From positions 1-41,519 of the forward strand of contig DASQLJ010000533.1 in assembly GCA_035630095.1 (NCBI GenBank): a stretch of DNA of 41,519 nt. The letters run 5' to 3'. The first letter of the stretch is position 1, and every line of letters begins with the position of its first letter. This document shows positions 24,883 through 34,761 of this stretch, one piece after another. A program made the translations under genes and the position numbers. The notes below the pieces were generated by a model. It worked only from the letters and a program-made list of their open reading frames with translations. It was not told the DNA's origin and searched no databases. The DNA comes from Longimicrobium sp. (GTDB lineage Bacteria > Gemmatimonadota > Gemmatimonadetes > Longimicrobiales > Longimicrobiaceae).

Positions 24883-26478
24883 TTACCGCGGCAGAGACAA
24901 AAGCCTCATAATGGTCTCCAAGCTGTCCGCGTCCTCCGGCTTCTTGTCCGTGCGCCACCTGAGCATCCGCGGAAAGCGGACGGCGATGCCGCTCTTGTGG
25001 CGAGGGGAGCGCTGGATCCCCTCGAAGCCGAGCTCGAACACCAGTTCCGGCTTCACCGCGCGCACCGGCCCGAAGCGCTGCAGCGTGTTGCGGCGCACGA
25101 AAGAGTCGACGCGGCGGATCTCCTCGTCCGTCAGCCCGCTGTAGGCCTTGGCGAAGGGGACCAGCTCGCCCCCGCTCCACACGGCAAAGGTGTAGTCGGT
25201 GTAGAGCGACGCGCGGCGGCCGTGCCCGCGCTGGGCGTAGATCAGCACGCAGTCCACCGTGAACGGCTCCACCTTCCACTTCCACCAGTCTCCCCGCTTG
25301 CGGCCCACGCGGTAGGGGCTGTCGGCGCGCTTCAGCATCAGCCCCTCGCGGCTGGCCTGGCGCGCCTCGCGGTACGCCTCGCGCACGCCGTCCCAGCTCG
25401 CCGCGTGGACGAGGGGGGAGAGGAGGAGGCGCCCGCCGCTGTGCACCGCGCCCAGCAGCTCCTCCAGCCGCGCGCGGCGCCACGCCAGCGGCCGCTCGCG
25501 CACGTCCGCGCCCTCGTGCTCCAGCAGGTCGTACGAGAGGAGGACGATCGGCACCTCGGCCAATATCTTCGGCCCCAGCTGCTTGCGTCCGATGCGGCGC
25601 TGGAGCTGCGCGAAGGGGAGCGGGCCGCCGTCCTGCCAGGGGAGCACCTCGCCGTCCAGCACCGTGCCATCCGGGAGCAGCGACGCGGTGGCGGCGAGCT
25701 CGGGGAAGCGCTCGGTGACCAGCTCCTCGCCGCGCGACCAGATGAACGTCTTTCCGGCGCGGCGCACGACCTGCGCGCGGATGCCGTCCCACTTCCACTC
25801 CACCTGCCACTCGGCCGCGTCGCCCAGCTCGTCGGGCTCGCCCTCCACCGCGTGCGCGAGGAAGAAGGGGTAGGGCCGGCTCACGTCGGTGTCGCGCGTG
25901 TCGGCGCCCAGCAGGCGGGTGTAGAACTCGGGGGATGGGTCCCAGGCGCCCATCAGCCGGTGGGCCACGGCGGCCTCGTCCACCCCGCTCACGCGCGAGA
26001 TGGCGCGCACCACCAGCTTCTGCGACACGCCCACGCGGAAGCCGCCGGTGATCAGCTTGTTCCACACGTACGCCTGCGCGCCGTCCAGCTCGCCCCACGC
26101 GCGGACGATGGCGTCGCGCTGCGTGGCCTCGCTCTCGCCGCGCAGCGCCAGCAGCCGCTCCTCCACCCACGCGCGCAGCGGCAGGTCGCTCGACGTGCCC
26201 GACGGCGGCAGGAGGAGCGAGATCGTCTCCGCCAGGTCGCCCACGGACTCGTAGCACTCGCCGAAGAGCCACTCGGGGGTGCCGGTGAAGTCCATCGCCC
26301 ACTCGGCCAGCTTGCGGCCGCCCACCAGGCGCTTGGGGCGGCGCCCGCTCAGGAAGTGCACCGCCCACGCCGCGTCCGCCGGCGGCACGCTCGCGAAGTA
26401 GCGGGCGAGCGCGTCCACCTTCTCGCCCGTCTTCGTGGTCTCGTCCAGCGTCTCGTACAGCTCGGCGAAGGCTTTCAC
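24883..26478 (-). CDS. ATP-dependent DNA ligase
   Basis: EWKWDGIR adenylation motif, LDGE, EGLMLK, WWKWK, VRFPR. Start GTG 26478. Confidence 0.93.
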   Translation of the reverse strand: MKAFAELYETLDETTKTGEKVDALARYFASVPPADAAWAVHFLSGRRPKRLVGGRKLAEWAMDFTGTPEWLFGECYESVGDLAETISLLLPPSGTSSDLPLRAWVEERLLALRGESEATQRDAIVRAWGELDGAQAYVWNKLITGGFRVGVSQKLVVRAISRVSGVDEAAVAHRLMGAWDPSPEFYTRLLGADTRDTDVSRPYPFFLAHAVEGEPDELGDAAEWQVEWKWDGIRAQVVRRAGKTFIWSRGEELVTERFPELAATASLLPDGTVLDGEVLPWQDGGPLPFAQLQRRIGRKQLGPKILAEVPIVLLSYDLLEHEGADVRERPLAWRRARLEELLGAVHSGGRLLLSPLVHAASWDGVREAYREARQASREGLMLKRADSPYRVGRKRGDWWKWKVEPFTVDCVLIYAQRGHGRRASLYTDYTFAVWSGGELVPFAKAYSGLTDEEIRRVDSFVRRNTLQRFGPVRAVKPELVFELGFEGIQRSPRHKSGIAVRFPRMLRWRTDKKPEDADSLETIMRLLSLPR

Positions 26479-26505
26479 CGCGGCCTCCGGCGTGCGAAGC
26501 CGGCC

Positions 26506-26571
26506 CCGCGGGCCCCCTCCCTGGCTCGTTCCTCGCCTGTCCCTCCCCCGTAACTGCACGGGGGAGGGACG
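26506..26571. repeat. REP-like repeat family A, copy 3
   Basis: Matches 335-398 and 495-584. Confidence 0.85.
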
Positions 26572-26715
26572 ACTGCGTCCGGGTGGCCAGCGGGCCGGGG
26601 GGTGCGCCGCGGCGCCTGCGTGGCAGGGGAGACGGCGATTCGGAAGGATCGTCTCGACCCGCCGGGGCCAGCGGATGCCGGAATGCGGGTCGAGGCGCGC
26701 CGATGCCGCGGCGGC

Positions 26716-26765
26716 AGTCCGCGCAGGCGGACTTCGTGTGGTTGTTGCCGCGAATTCATTCGCCC
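26716..26765. repeat. REP-like repeat family C, copy 1 (contains the exonuclease stop codon)
   Basis: AGTCCGCGCAGGCGGACTTCGTGTGGTTGTTGCCGCGAATTCATTCGCCC; near-identical at 40515-40564, inverted variant at 35960-36007. Confidence 0.85.
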
Positions 26766-27910
26766 GGCTCCCCCGCGCCGGCGCCATCGTCCCCGGCGCG
26801 ATCCGCATCTTCCGAAGCGGTCCCCTCTTCCGACGCGGCGCCATCTCCCGAGGGACTGCCGTCTTCCGACGCGGCCACGTCTTCGCCCGCTGCCGGGGCG
26901 ATCTCCACGTCGCCGGCGTCTTCCTCGCCCTCCCAGCGGCTGGCGACGGCGAGGGCCTCCAGGCCGCGGGCGCGGAGCCAGCGGACGACGGGCTCGCGGT
27001 AGCCGTGCGTCACCCACACGCGCTCGGCGCCGGTGGCATCCACCGCCTCCAGCAGCGCGGGCCAGTCCACGTGGTCGCTCAGCACGAAGCCGCGGTCCAC
27101 CGAGCGGCGGCGGCGCTGGCCACGCACCCGCATCCACCCGCTGGCGAAGGCGGTGCTCACCGCGCCGAACTTGCGCATCCACGGCGTTCCGTGGGCGCTG
27201 GGCGGCGCCACGATCAGCGCCTGGCTCCAGTCGTGCCCGCGCCCCTGCGCGCCGGCGTACGCCGTGGGCGGCAGCGGCACGCCGGTGTCGCGGTAGTCCT
27301 GCGTGAGCCGGCTGACCGCGCCGTGCTCGTGGATGGGACCGATGGACGGATCCACCCCCGCCAGCAGCCGCTGCGCCTTGCCCAGCGCGTAGGCGTAGAG
27401 GAGCGATGCCTTCCCCGCGGCCTGGTTGGCGCGCCACCATGCGTCGATCTGCGCGAACACCTCCGTCTGCGGCGCCCAGCGGTAGATCGGCAGGCCGAAG
27501 GTGCTCTCGGTGATGAAGGTGTGGCAGCGGACGGGCTCGAACGCCCTGCAGGTGGGGTCCGGTTCGGTCTTGTAATCCCCCGACACCACCCACACCTCGC
27601 CGCGGTGCTCCACGCGCACCTGCGCCGAGCCCAGGATGTGGCCGGCGGGATGGAGGGACACGCGCACGCCGTCCACGTCCACCACCTCGCCCCAGTCCAC
27701 CGCGCGGATGTGGGCGTCGGCGCCCAGGCGCGTGCGCATCACCCGTTCGCCCTCGCGCGAGCCCAGGTAGCGCTCGCTCCCCCAGCGCGCGTGGTCGCCG
27801 TGGGCGTGCGTGATCACCGCGCGCTCCACCGGCAGCCACGGGTCCACGTAAAAGCCGCCCGCCTCGCAGTACAGCCCGCGCTCGGTGATCCGCATCAGCA
27901 TCGATCTCAT
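26756..27910 (-). CDS. Ligase-associated DNA damage response exonuclease (metallo-beta-lactamase fold)
   Basis: GLYC...DPW, ITHAHGDH, PAGHILGS, GDYK, ITESTFG, LSDHVDW, THG; located upstream of the ligase. Confidence 0.92.
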   Translation of the reverse strand: MRSMLMRITERGLYCEAGGFYVDPWLPVERAVITHAHGDHARWGSERYLGSREGERVMRTRLGADAHIRAVDWGEVVDVDGVRVSLHPAGHILGSAQVRVEHRGEVWVVSGDYKTEPDPTCRAFEPVRCHTFITESTFGLPIYRWAPQTEVFAQIDAWWRANQAAGKASLLYAYALGKAQRLLAGVDPSIGPIHEHGAVSRLTQDYRDTGVPLPPTAYAGAQGRGHDWSQALIVAPPSAHGTPWMRKFGAVSTAFASGWMRVRGQRRRRSVDRGFVLSDHVDWPALLEAVDATGAERVWVTHGYREPVVRWLRARGLEALAVASRWEGEEDAGDVEIAPAAGEDVAASEDGSPSGDGAASEEGTASEDADRAGDDGAGAGEPGE

Positions 27911-27984
27911 ACCCTGTTGCCGGGCGATGTCATGGGCAACGACGAACGGCGGGGGTCGGGCGTGTCCCTCCGCTGCGCTCCGGG

Positions 27985-28124
27985 CCGGGCTTCGCGCGCC
28001 GTAGGCAACGAAACGACCGTTGCCAACGGCGCCGAGCCCCCGTCGCGCCAGGCGTCGCCGCGGATCCGAAAGGCCGGTGCGGGCGCGCCGGTGTCTCGGC
28101 CCTCCGGGCGCGAATCCCTCACGC
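27985..28124. repeat. Intergenic repeat family D, copy 1
   Basis: GTAGGCAACGAAACGACCGTTGCCAAC...GGCCCTCCGGGCGCGAATCCCTCACGC; homolog at 40142-40288. Confidence 0.8.
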
Positions 28125-28329
28125 GAATCAGGCGGTCGAAGTCCACCGCCCACGCGCCGCCATCCGGGGGCGCGATCCCGGGATGCGGGTGAAACCCGGC
28201 ATCACCCGGCCCGGCGTTCAACCAGACGCGGCGGGGAAAATCTTCCCGCCGCAGCCACTAATCCTTAACCCTGGCATCGTCCTACCTCCGCACGCGGTGC
28301 CATCCTCCCCATCCCCCGGAGCCCCTCAG

Positions 28330-29193
28330 ATGTCCACCAACGATCCGAACGCCGCGGTGCTGAGCCACCCGCTCCTGGCCGGCGATGCCGTGCTGCAGGC
28401 CGTCGCCGCCGCGGCCAAGCCGCCGCTGCACGCCACCGGCAAGCTCGTGGCCGGCATGGGCGCGGTGCAGGACGCGCTGAACCACCTGGCCGCGCGGTAC
28501 CCCGACCTGCGCGTGAACGTGGGCGCCGCCGGCCAGTTCCGCGGCTTCTTCGGCGAGCAGACGAAGCAGGCGGTGCGGAATTTTCAGGCCACGCACGCGC
28601 TGCAGGCCGACGGCACGGTCGGCAAGGACACCCTGCGCGCGCTGGACGCCGCCCTGCGCTCGTTCGACGCAAACGGCGGCGTGGACCAGACGCGCACCGC
28701 CGCGCCGGCCCCGCAGCCCTCGCCCGCGGGCTTCCGCACGGCGTTCATCCAGATGGTGGTGCCCTTCGCCCAGGCGTGCGCCAGGTCCACCGGCGTGCCC
28801 GCGTCGGTCACCATCGCGCAGGCGGCGCTCGAGTCCGACTTTGGGCGCAGCGGGCTCACCCTGAAGGCGAAGAACTTCTTCGGGATGAAAGGCACCGGGC
28901 CCGCCGGCTCCGTCGACATGCCCACCAAGGAGGAGATCGGTGGAAAGATGGTGACGGTGATCGCCCAGTTCCGCGCCTACAACTCGTTCCAGGAATCGTG
29001 CGACGACCACGCCGACCGCATCGCGCACGGCATGAAGGGCGGCAAGCTGATCTACGCCGAGGCGATGAAGCACACCGGCGACGCCCGCAAGTTCGCCGGC
29101 GCGCTGGAGGGCGTGTACGCCACCGACAGCAAGTACGCCGAAAAGCTGTGGGGGATGATGGATACGTTCCAGCTGGAGCAGTACGACGTGTGA
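28330..29193 (+). CDS. Peptidoglycan-binding domain + GH73 glucosaminidase (FlgJ-like)
   Basis: PG_binding_1 motif TKQAVRNFQ...ADGTVGKDT; GH73 motifs IAQAALES, KNFFGMKG, FRAY, YATD..YA.KL. Confidence 0.9.
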   Translation: MSTNDPNAAVLSHPLLAGDAVLQAVAAAAKPPLHATGKLVAGMGAVQDALNHLAARYPDLRVNVGAAGQFRGFFGEQTKQAVRNFQATHALQADGTVGKDTLRALDAALRSFDANGGVDQTRTAAPAPQPSPAGFRTAFIQMVVPFAQACARSTGVPASVTIAQAALESDFGRSGLTLKAKNFFGMKGTGPAGSVDMPTKEEIGGKMVTVIAQFRAYNSFQESCDDHADRIAHGMKGGKLIYAEAMKHTGDARKFAGALEGVYATDSKYAEKLWGMMDTFQLEQYDV

Positions 29194-29257
29194 CCGCTGT
29201 TCGCGATAACGGCTTGATCGGGCTGGAGGGAAAGGACTTGTGGGCTGAGCCTCACCG

Positions 29258-29318
29258 GCGACTGAAGTCGCAGCGTCGCAGCAACAACTACGAAAAGCCT
29301 CGCAAACCGAGCGAGGCT
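29258..29318. repeat. REP-like repeat family E, copy 1
   Basis: GCGACTGAAGTCGC hairpin...AAGCCTCGCAAACCGAGCGAGGCT; homolog at 40392-40445. Confidence 0.75.
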
Positions 29319-29647
29319 TCACCGGCCCGGGGGCCGCACCGGGGCTCGATCCTGCAATTTCTCCGACCCAATGAGAGCCGGCCGTCCGGGAGGTGTCGCG
29401 GACGGCCGGTTCGTCGTTTCGGACAAACCCGGGATCAAACGCGCCGAGGTGAGCGGCACGGACGTGGGTGCACCCTGGATCGCAGCCGTGCGCATCCGCG
29501 CCGCCGGTGCGCGCGCTCGTGCCCCGGCGCGCCACGCTCGTGCCGCGCACTGCGCGGGCGAGCGCGGCGCCGCTAGATTTCCCCGACTTGTGGAACCCGG
29601 GCCGCGCGCCCGCATCGCATGCCGACCTGCTTCTCATCCATCGCTTG

Positions 29648-30829
29648 ATGCCCCAACCCTCCGCCGACACCGCTTCCCCGCTGCGGCGGCCGCGCCTGCT
29701 GCGGCCGGGGCGCATCGCGCGGCGCCAGTACGGGCTGATCCTGGGCGCGTTCGGGGCCGCCACCACCCTGGCGCTGCTGATCGCGGTGGAGAACTACCTC
29801 GCCTACCAGCGGATGGGGCGCCCCAAGTCGCTGCTGGAGGTGATCGCGCACGAGCTGCCGGTGTGGTACGTGTGGCTGGCGGTCACGCCGGGGATCTTCT
29901 GGCTGGCGCGGCGGCTGCCGGTGGCGGGCGAGCGGCGCTGGCGCAACCTGGTGCTGCACCTGCCGCTCAGCGCCGGCACGGTGTTCGTGACGCTGGTGAT
30001 GATCACCATCGTGAAGGCGCCGGTGCTGCAGCGCCCCCCGGGGATGAGTTACCTCGAGGCGCTGCTGCACGAGTACGGGCGCATCTTCGCGGTGATCATG
30101 CCCATCTACTTCGTGATCCTGGCCGTGGCGCACGCGGTGGACTCGTACCGCGAGAACGAGGCGCGCGCCCGGCGCGAGGCCGAGCTGGGTACCCTGCTCG
30201 AGCGTGCCCAGCGCGACCTGCTGCGCATGCAGCTGCAGCCGCACTTCCTGTTCAACACCCTGCACGCGGTGAGCGCGCTGATGGAGCGCGACGTGCCCGC
30301 CGCGCGGCGCATGCTCACCCGGCTCAGCGACCTGCTGCGCATGGCGCTGGACGACGACAGCCGCCACGAGGTGAGCGTGGAGGAGGAGATCGAGTTCCTC
30401 GACCGCTACGCCGAGATCCAGAAGATCCGCTTCGGCGGGCGGCTGGCGGTGACGTACGACGTGGCGGCCGACGCGCGCCGCCTCCTCCTCCCCCGCCTGG
30501 TGCTGCAGCCGCTGGTGGAGAACGCCATCACCCACGGCCTTTCGCGGCTGGAGCGCCCGGGGAGCGTGACGGTGGAGGCGCGGCGCCGCAACGGGCACCT
30601 GGTGCTGCGCGTGCTGGATGACGGCGTGGGGCTGGAGGGCGGCGCCCTCACGCGCGAGGGGGTGGGGATCGGCAACACCCGCGCGCGGCTGGAGCAGCTC
30701 TACGGCGCCGGGCACCGCTTCGCCATCGGCAACCTCCCGGAAGGCGGGTGCGAGGTGCGCATCGAGATCCCCGCCGGCACCGAGGAGCGCACCCCCTCCG
30801 CCCCCGCCCGCAACGGAGCCCCTTCGTGA
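29648..30829 (+). CDS. LytS/YehU-type sensor histidine kinase
   Basis: Four TM segments; QLQPHFLFNTL, LQPLVENAITHG, DDGVG, GIGNTRARL. Confidence 0.92.
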   Translation: MPQPSADTASPLRRPRLLRPGRIARRQYGLILGAFGAATTLALLIAVENYLAYQRMGRPKSLLEVIAHELPVWYVWLAVTPGIFWLARRLPVAGERRWRNLVLHLPLSAGTVFVTLVMITIVKAPVLQRPPGMSYLEALLHEYGRIFAVIMPIYFVILAVAHAVDSYRENEARARREAELGTLLERAQRDLLRMQLQPHFLFNTLHAVSALMERDVPAARRMLTRLSDLLRMALDDDSRHEVSVEEEIEFLDRYAEIQKIRFGGRLAVTYDVAADARRLLLPRLVLQPLVENAITHGLSRLERPGSVTVEARRRNGHLVLRVLDDGVGLEGGALTREGVGIGNTRARLEQLYGAGHRFAIGNLPEGGCEVRIEIPAGTEERTPSAPARNGAPS

Positions 30830-31614
30830 ACGCGACCCTCAATCCCCCGCCCCTGCGCGCCCTGGTGGTGGACGACGAGCCGCTGGCGCGCGAGCTGTTG
30901 CGGCGGATGCTGGACGAGCACCCGGCGCTGGAGGTGATCGGCGAGTGCGCCAGCGGCACGCAGGCGGTGGAGGCCGTGCGCGCCGCCCGCCCCGACCTCC
31001 TCTTCCTGGACGTGCAGATGCCGGGGCTGGACGGGTTCGCCGTGCTGCGCGAGCTGGCGCCCGACCTCCCCGAGGTGATCTTCGTGACCGCCTACGACCA
31101 GTACGCCCTGCGCGCCTTCGACGTGCACGCGCTGGACTACCTGCTGAAGCCGTTCGACGAGGAGCGCCTGGCCCGCGCCATCGAGCGCGCCCGCGCCCAC
31201 CTGCGCCGGCCGGACTCGGAGACCGACCGCGGCCGCATCCTGGAGCTGCTCGACGAGCTGCGCGGCGTGCGGCGCTGGCGCGAGCGGCTGGTGATCCGCG
31301 CCGGCGAGCGCGCCTGCCTGCAGCCCGTGGCCGAGATCGACTGGCTGGAGGCGGACGGGAAGTACGTGAAGGTGCACGTGGGCCCGCGCGCGCACACCAT
31401 CCGCGAGACCATGACGCAGCTCGCCGAGGTGCTCGACCCGCGCCGCTTCCTGCGCATCAGCCGCTCGGCGATCGTCAACGTGGACCGCATCCGCGAGATC
31501 CAGCCCTGGTTCCGCGGCGACTACGTGGTCATCCTCCAGAATGGCGCCGAGGTCACCTCCACCCGCGGCTACCGCGACACGCTGAAGGCACTGCTGGCGG
31601 GGGAAAGCATCTAA
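30826..31614 (+). CDS. LytTR-family response regulator
   Basis: VVDDE, FLDVQMP, FVTAYD, YLLKP; LytTR motif [15 protein letters not shown] overlap with the kinase. Confidence 0.93.
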   Translation: MNATLNPPPLRALVVDDEPLARELLRRMLDEHPALEVIGECASGTQAVEAVRAARPDLLFLDVQMPGLDGFAVLRELAPDLPEVIFVTAYDQYALRAFDVHALDYLLKPFDEERLARAIERARAHLRRPDSETDRGRILELLDELRGVRRWRERLVIRAGERACLQPVAEIDWLEADGKYVKVHVGPRAHTIRETMTQLAEVLDPRRFLRISRSAIVNVDRIREIQPWFRGDYVVILQNGAEVTSTRGYRDTLKALLAGESI

Positions 31615-31647
31615 ACGACAAGATGTCCGCAGTTCAGAGAGCCTGCC

Positions 31648-34600
31648 TCACACCAGCGCCGGCTCGCGATCGAGGATGCCGACCGGGACGGTGACGGGTG
31701 CCCGCTCAGCCGGCGGGGCGGCCGTCACCTCCACCGGCGGCGGGAGGAGGCGGTACATCACGGGCGTCACCAGGCGCGCCAGCAGGGTGCTGGTCACCAG
31801 CCCGCCGATGATCACCCACGCCAGCGGCGAATACAGCGCACTGCCCTCCAGCGCCAGCGGCAGCAGCCCGCCGATCGCCGTCATCGTCGTCAGCACGATC
31901 GGGAGGAAGCGGATCTCGCCGGCGCGCTCCACCGCCTCCAGCAGCGGCACCCCCTCGGCGCGGAGCTGGTTGGTGAAGTCCACCAGCAGGATCGAGTTCT
32001 TGATCTCGATCCCGATCAGCGCCACGAAGCCGATCGTCGCGGTGAACGACAGCGTGTAGCCGGTGAGGAAGAGGGCCAGGATCCCCCCCATCACCCCCAG
32101 CGGGATCACGCTCGCCACGATCAGCGTGCTGCGGAAGGTGCCGAACTCCAGCACCAGGATCGCCAGCACCATGAACACGGCCACGATCACCGCGATCCCC
32201 ACCCCGCCGAAGCTCTCCTGCCGGCTCTCGATCTCCCCCGCCGGCGCCCACGCGTAGCCGGCGGGGAAGCGCATCGTCTCCAGCTCGGCCATCACCTGCC
32301 GCGTGACCGCGTCGGTGTTGAAGCCGCTGCGCACGAAGGCGGTCACGCTCACCGAGCGCTCCTCGTCGTGGTGCTGGATCAGCGGCGGGCTGGCCTCGAA
32401 GCGCACGCTGGCCACCTGCCGCAGCGGCACCTGCGCGCCGGTGACGGAGGAGACGTAGACGCGGTCCAGCGCCTCGATCCCCGGCCGCCCCGCGTGCGGC
32501 AGCCGCACCACGATGTCGTGCTCGTCGCCCGTGCCGTCGCGGAAGCGCCCGGCCGTGAGCCCCGCGAGACCGAGGCGAACGGTGCGGTCCACCTCGGCGG
32601 TGGGGATGCCGAAGAGACCGGCCTTGGCCGCGTCCACCCGCACCCGCAGGTCCGTGCGGTCCAGCCGCACCGGGTTGTCCACGTACATCGTCCCCGGTGT
32701 GCGCTTCAGCAGCGCCTCCACGCGGCCGGCCAGCGACCGCAGCGTGTCCAGGCTCTCCCCCGTCACCCGGATCTCCACCGGCGCGGCCAGCGGCGGCCCC
32801 TGCTCGAACTCCTTCAGCTCGATGCGCGCGCCCGGGTAGGCGTTGAAGCGCGCGCGCAGCGAGTCGTACACCGCCTCGCTCCGCCCGGCGTGGTAGCCGC
32901 GGGTGAGCACGAAGAGCTGCGCCACCCCCGCGTTGTCCTCGCTGGGCTGCACGTTGTAGTAGATGCGGGGATTGCCGTGCCCCACGTTGCTCATCACCGC
33001 GCGCACGTCGCGGCGGGCCAGCAGCGTGCGCTCCACCCACCGCGCCGCGCTGTCCGTCGCCGCCAGGCTGGTGCCGTCGGGCATCCGCACGTTCACCAGG
33101 AACTGCGGCGTCCCCGCCTTGGGGAAGAGCGAGAAGCCGACGACGGGGACCAGGGCGAGCGAGCCGACGAAGAGCACCGCCGCCGCGGCCACGGTGAGGT
33201 ACGGCCGCGCCAGCGCGCGGTGCAGCACCGGCGCGTAGCCCGCGTGGATCACCCGGTTCAGCCCGCGCAGGAAGACGTTCTCGTGCGTGCCGTCCTTCTC
33301 GCGCAGGATCATCGCCGCCAGGAAGGGGATGATGGTGAGCGAGACGAGGAGCGAGGCGAGGATGGTGAACACCACCGTCATCGGCATCCCCCGGATGAAC
33401 TTACCCGCGTTGCCGGGGAGGAAGATCAGCGGGAGGAAGGCGAAGAGGAGCGACGCCGTGCAGCCGAGGACGGCGACGCCGATCTGCCGCGTGGCCGCGA
33501 TCGCCGCCTCGCGCCGCGAGTACCCCTCGCGCAGGAAGCGCGCGATGTTCTCGACGACCACGATCGAGTCGTCCACCAGCAGCCCCAGGGCGATCACGAA
33601 GCCCACGATGCTCATCTGGTTGATCCCGAACCCCGTCACGTCCAGCAGCGTCAGCCCCACGGCCAGGGAGAGGGGGATGGAGATCATCACGATCACCGCC
33701 GAGCGGAACCCCAGCGGCAGCAGCGTGAGCAGCACCAGGCCGATGGCGATGGCGAAGTCGCGCCCCAGCGCGCCGAGGCGCGCCTCCACGTTCGCCGACT
33801 GGTCGAAGCCGCGCTCCAGCACCATGCTCTTCGGCAGCGTCCGCTCGAACGAGTCGAGTTCCTTCCACACCCCGTCGCGGACGACGGAGATGTTGGTGTC
33901 TTCCTTCTGGTTGGCGGTGACGAACACCGCGCGGCGGCCGTTGTAGCGCGCGACGTGGGTGGCGTCGGCGTAGCCCCAGCGCACGTCGGCCACGTCGCGC
34001 AGGTACACCGCGGCCCCGTTGCGCGCGGTGACCACGGTGGCCGCGACCTCCTCGACGGAGTCGTAGGCGCCGCTGGTCTTCACGTTGAAGCGGCGCGTCC
34101 CCGCGTCCACGCTGCCGCCGGGGATGCTGGCGTTCTCGCTCCCGATCGCCGCCAGCACCATCCCCGGCGTCACCCCGAGCTGCGCGGCGCGCCCCAGGTC
34201 CAGCGACACGCGCACCTCGCGCGCGGGGGCGCCGTGCACCTCGCTCTCGCGCACGCCGGGCACGGTGCGCAGCCGGTCGCGCAGGCGCTCGGCCTGGCGC
34301 TCCAGGTCGCGGTAGGGGGCAGATTCGGAGACCAGCGCCACCTGGGCGATGTTCACGTCGGCCGAGTTGCTGCGGCGCACCTCCAGCGATCGCACCTCGG
34401 CCGGGAGCTCGGGCCGCAGCGAGTTCACCTCGCGCAGCACCTCCTCGTAGGTGCGCTCGGCGTCCACGCTGGCCTCGAACTCCACGCGGGTGACGGAGAC
34501 GCCGTCCTCGATCCGCGTCTGCAGGCTCTTCACGTCGTCCAGCGTCGACAGCCGCTCCTCGAGCGGATCGACCACGAGCTGCTCCACGTCGGCCGGCGAG

Positions 34601-34761
34601 GCGCCGGGGTACACGGCCACCACGGGGAAGATGGCGATCGGGAACACCGGGTCTTCCGTGCGGGGGATGGAGACGAAGGAGTTCACCCCCATCGCCGCCA
34701 GCATCCCGAAGAGCACCACGGTGAACTGCCACTTCTTCACCGAGAACTCGGAGAGCCTCAC
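31648..34761 (-). CDS. RND efflux transporter permease (AcrB/AcrD/AcrF family)
   Basis: 1037 aa; GLLVDDSIVVVEN, KNSILLVDF, RFLPIVLTT motifs. Confidence 0.95.
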   Translation of the reverse strand: MRLSEFSVKKWQFTVVLFGMLAAMGVNSFVSIPRTEDPVFPIAIFPVVAVYPGASPADVEQLVVDPLEERLSTLDDVKSLQTRIEDGVSVTRVEFEASVDAERTYEEVLREVNSLRPELPAEVRSLEVRRSNSADVNIAQVALVSESAPYRDLERQAERLRDRLRTVPGVRESEVHGAPAREVRVSLDLGRAAQLGVTPGMVLAAIGSENASIPGGSVDAGTRRFNVKTSGAYDSVEEVAATVVTARNGAAVYLRDVADVRWGYADATHVARYNGRRAVFVTANQKEDTNISVVRDGVWKELDSFERTLPKSMVLERGFDQSANVEARLGALGRDFAIAIGLVLLTLLPLGFRSAVIVMISIPLSLAVGLTLLDVTGFGINQMSIVGFVIALGLLVDDSIVVVENIARFLREGYSRREAAIAATRQIGVAVLGCTASLLFAFLPLIFLPGNAGKFIRGMPMTVVFTILASLLVSLTIIPFLAAMILREKDGTHENVFLRGLNRVIHAGYAPVLHRALARPYLTVAAAAVLFVGSLALVPVVGFSLFPKAGTPQFLVNVRMPDGTSLAATDSAARWVERTLLARRDVRAVMSNVGHGNPRIYYNVQPSEDNAGVAQLFVLTRGYHAGRSEAVYDSLRARFNAYPGARIELKEFEQGPPLAAPVEIRVTGESLDTLRSLAGRVEALLKRTPGTMYVDNPVRLDRTDLRVRVDAAKAGLFGIPTAEVDRTVRLGLAGLTAGRFRDGTGDEHDIVVRLPHAGRPGIEALDRVYVSSVTGAQVPLRQVASVRFEASPPLIQHHDEERSVSVTAFVRSGFNTDAVTRQVMAELETMRFPAGYAWAPAGEIESRQESFGGVGIAVIVAVFMVLAILVLEFGTFRSTLIVASVIPLGVMGGILALFLTGYTLSFTATIGFVALIGIEIKNSILLVDFTNQLRAEGVPLLEAVERAGEIRFLPIVLTTMTAIGGLLPLALEGSALYSPLAWVIIGGLVTSTLLARLVTPVMYRLLPPPVEVTAAPPAERAPVTVPVGILDREPALV

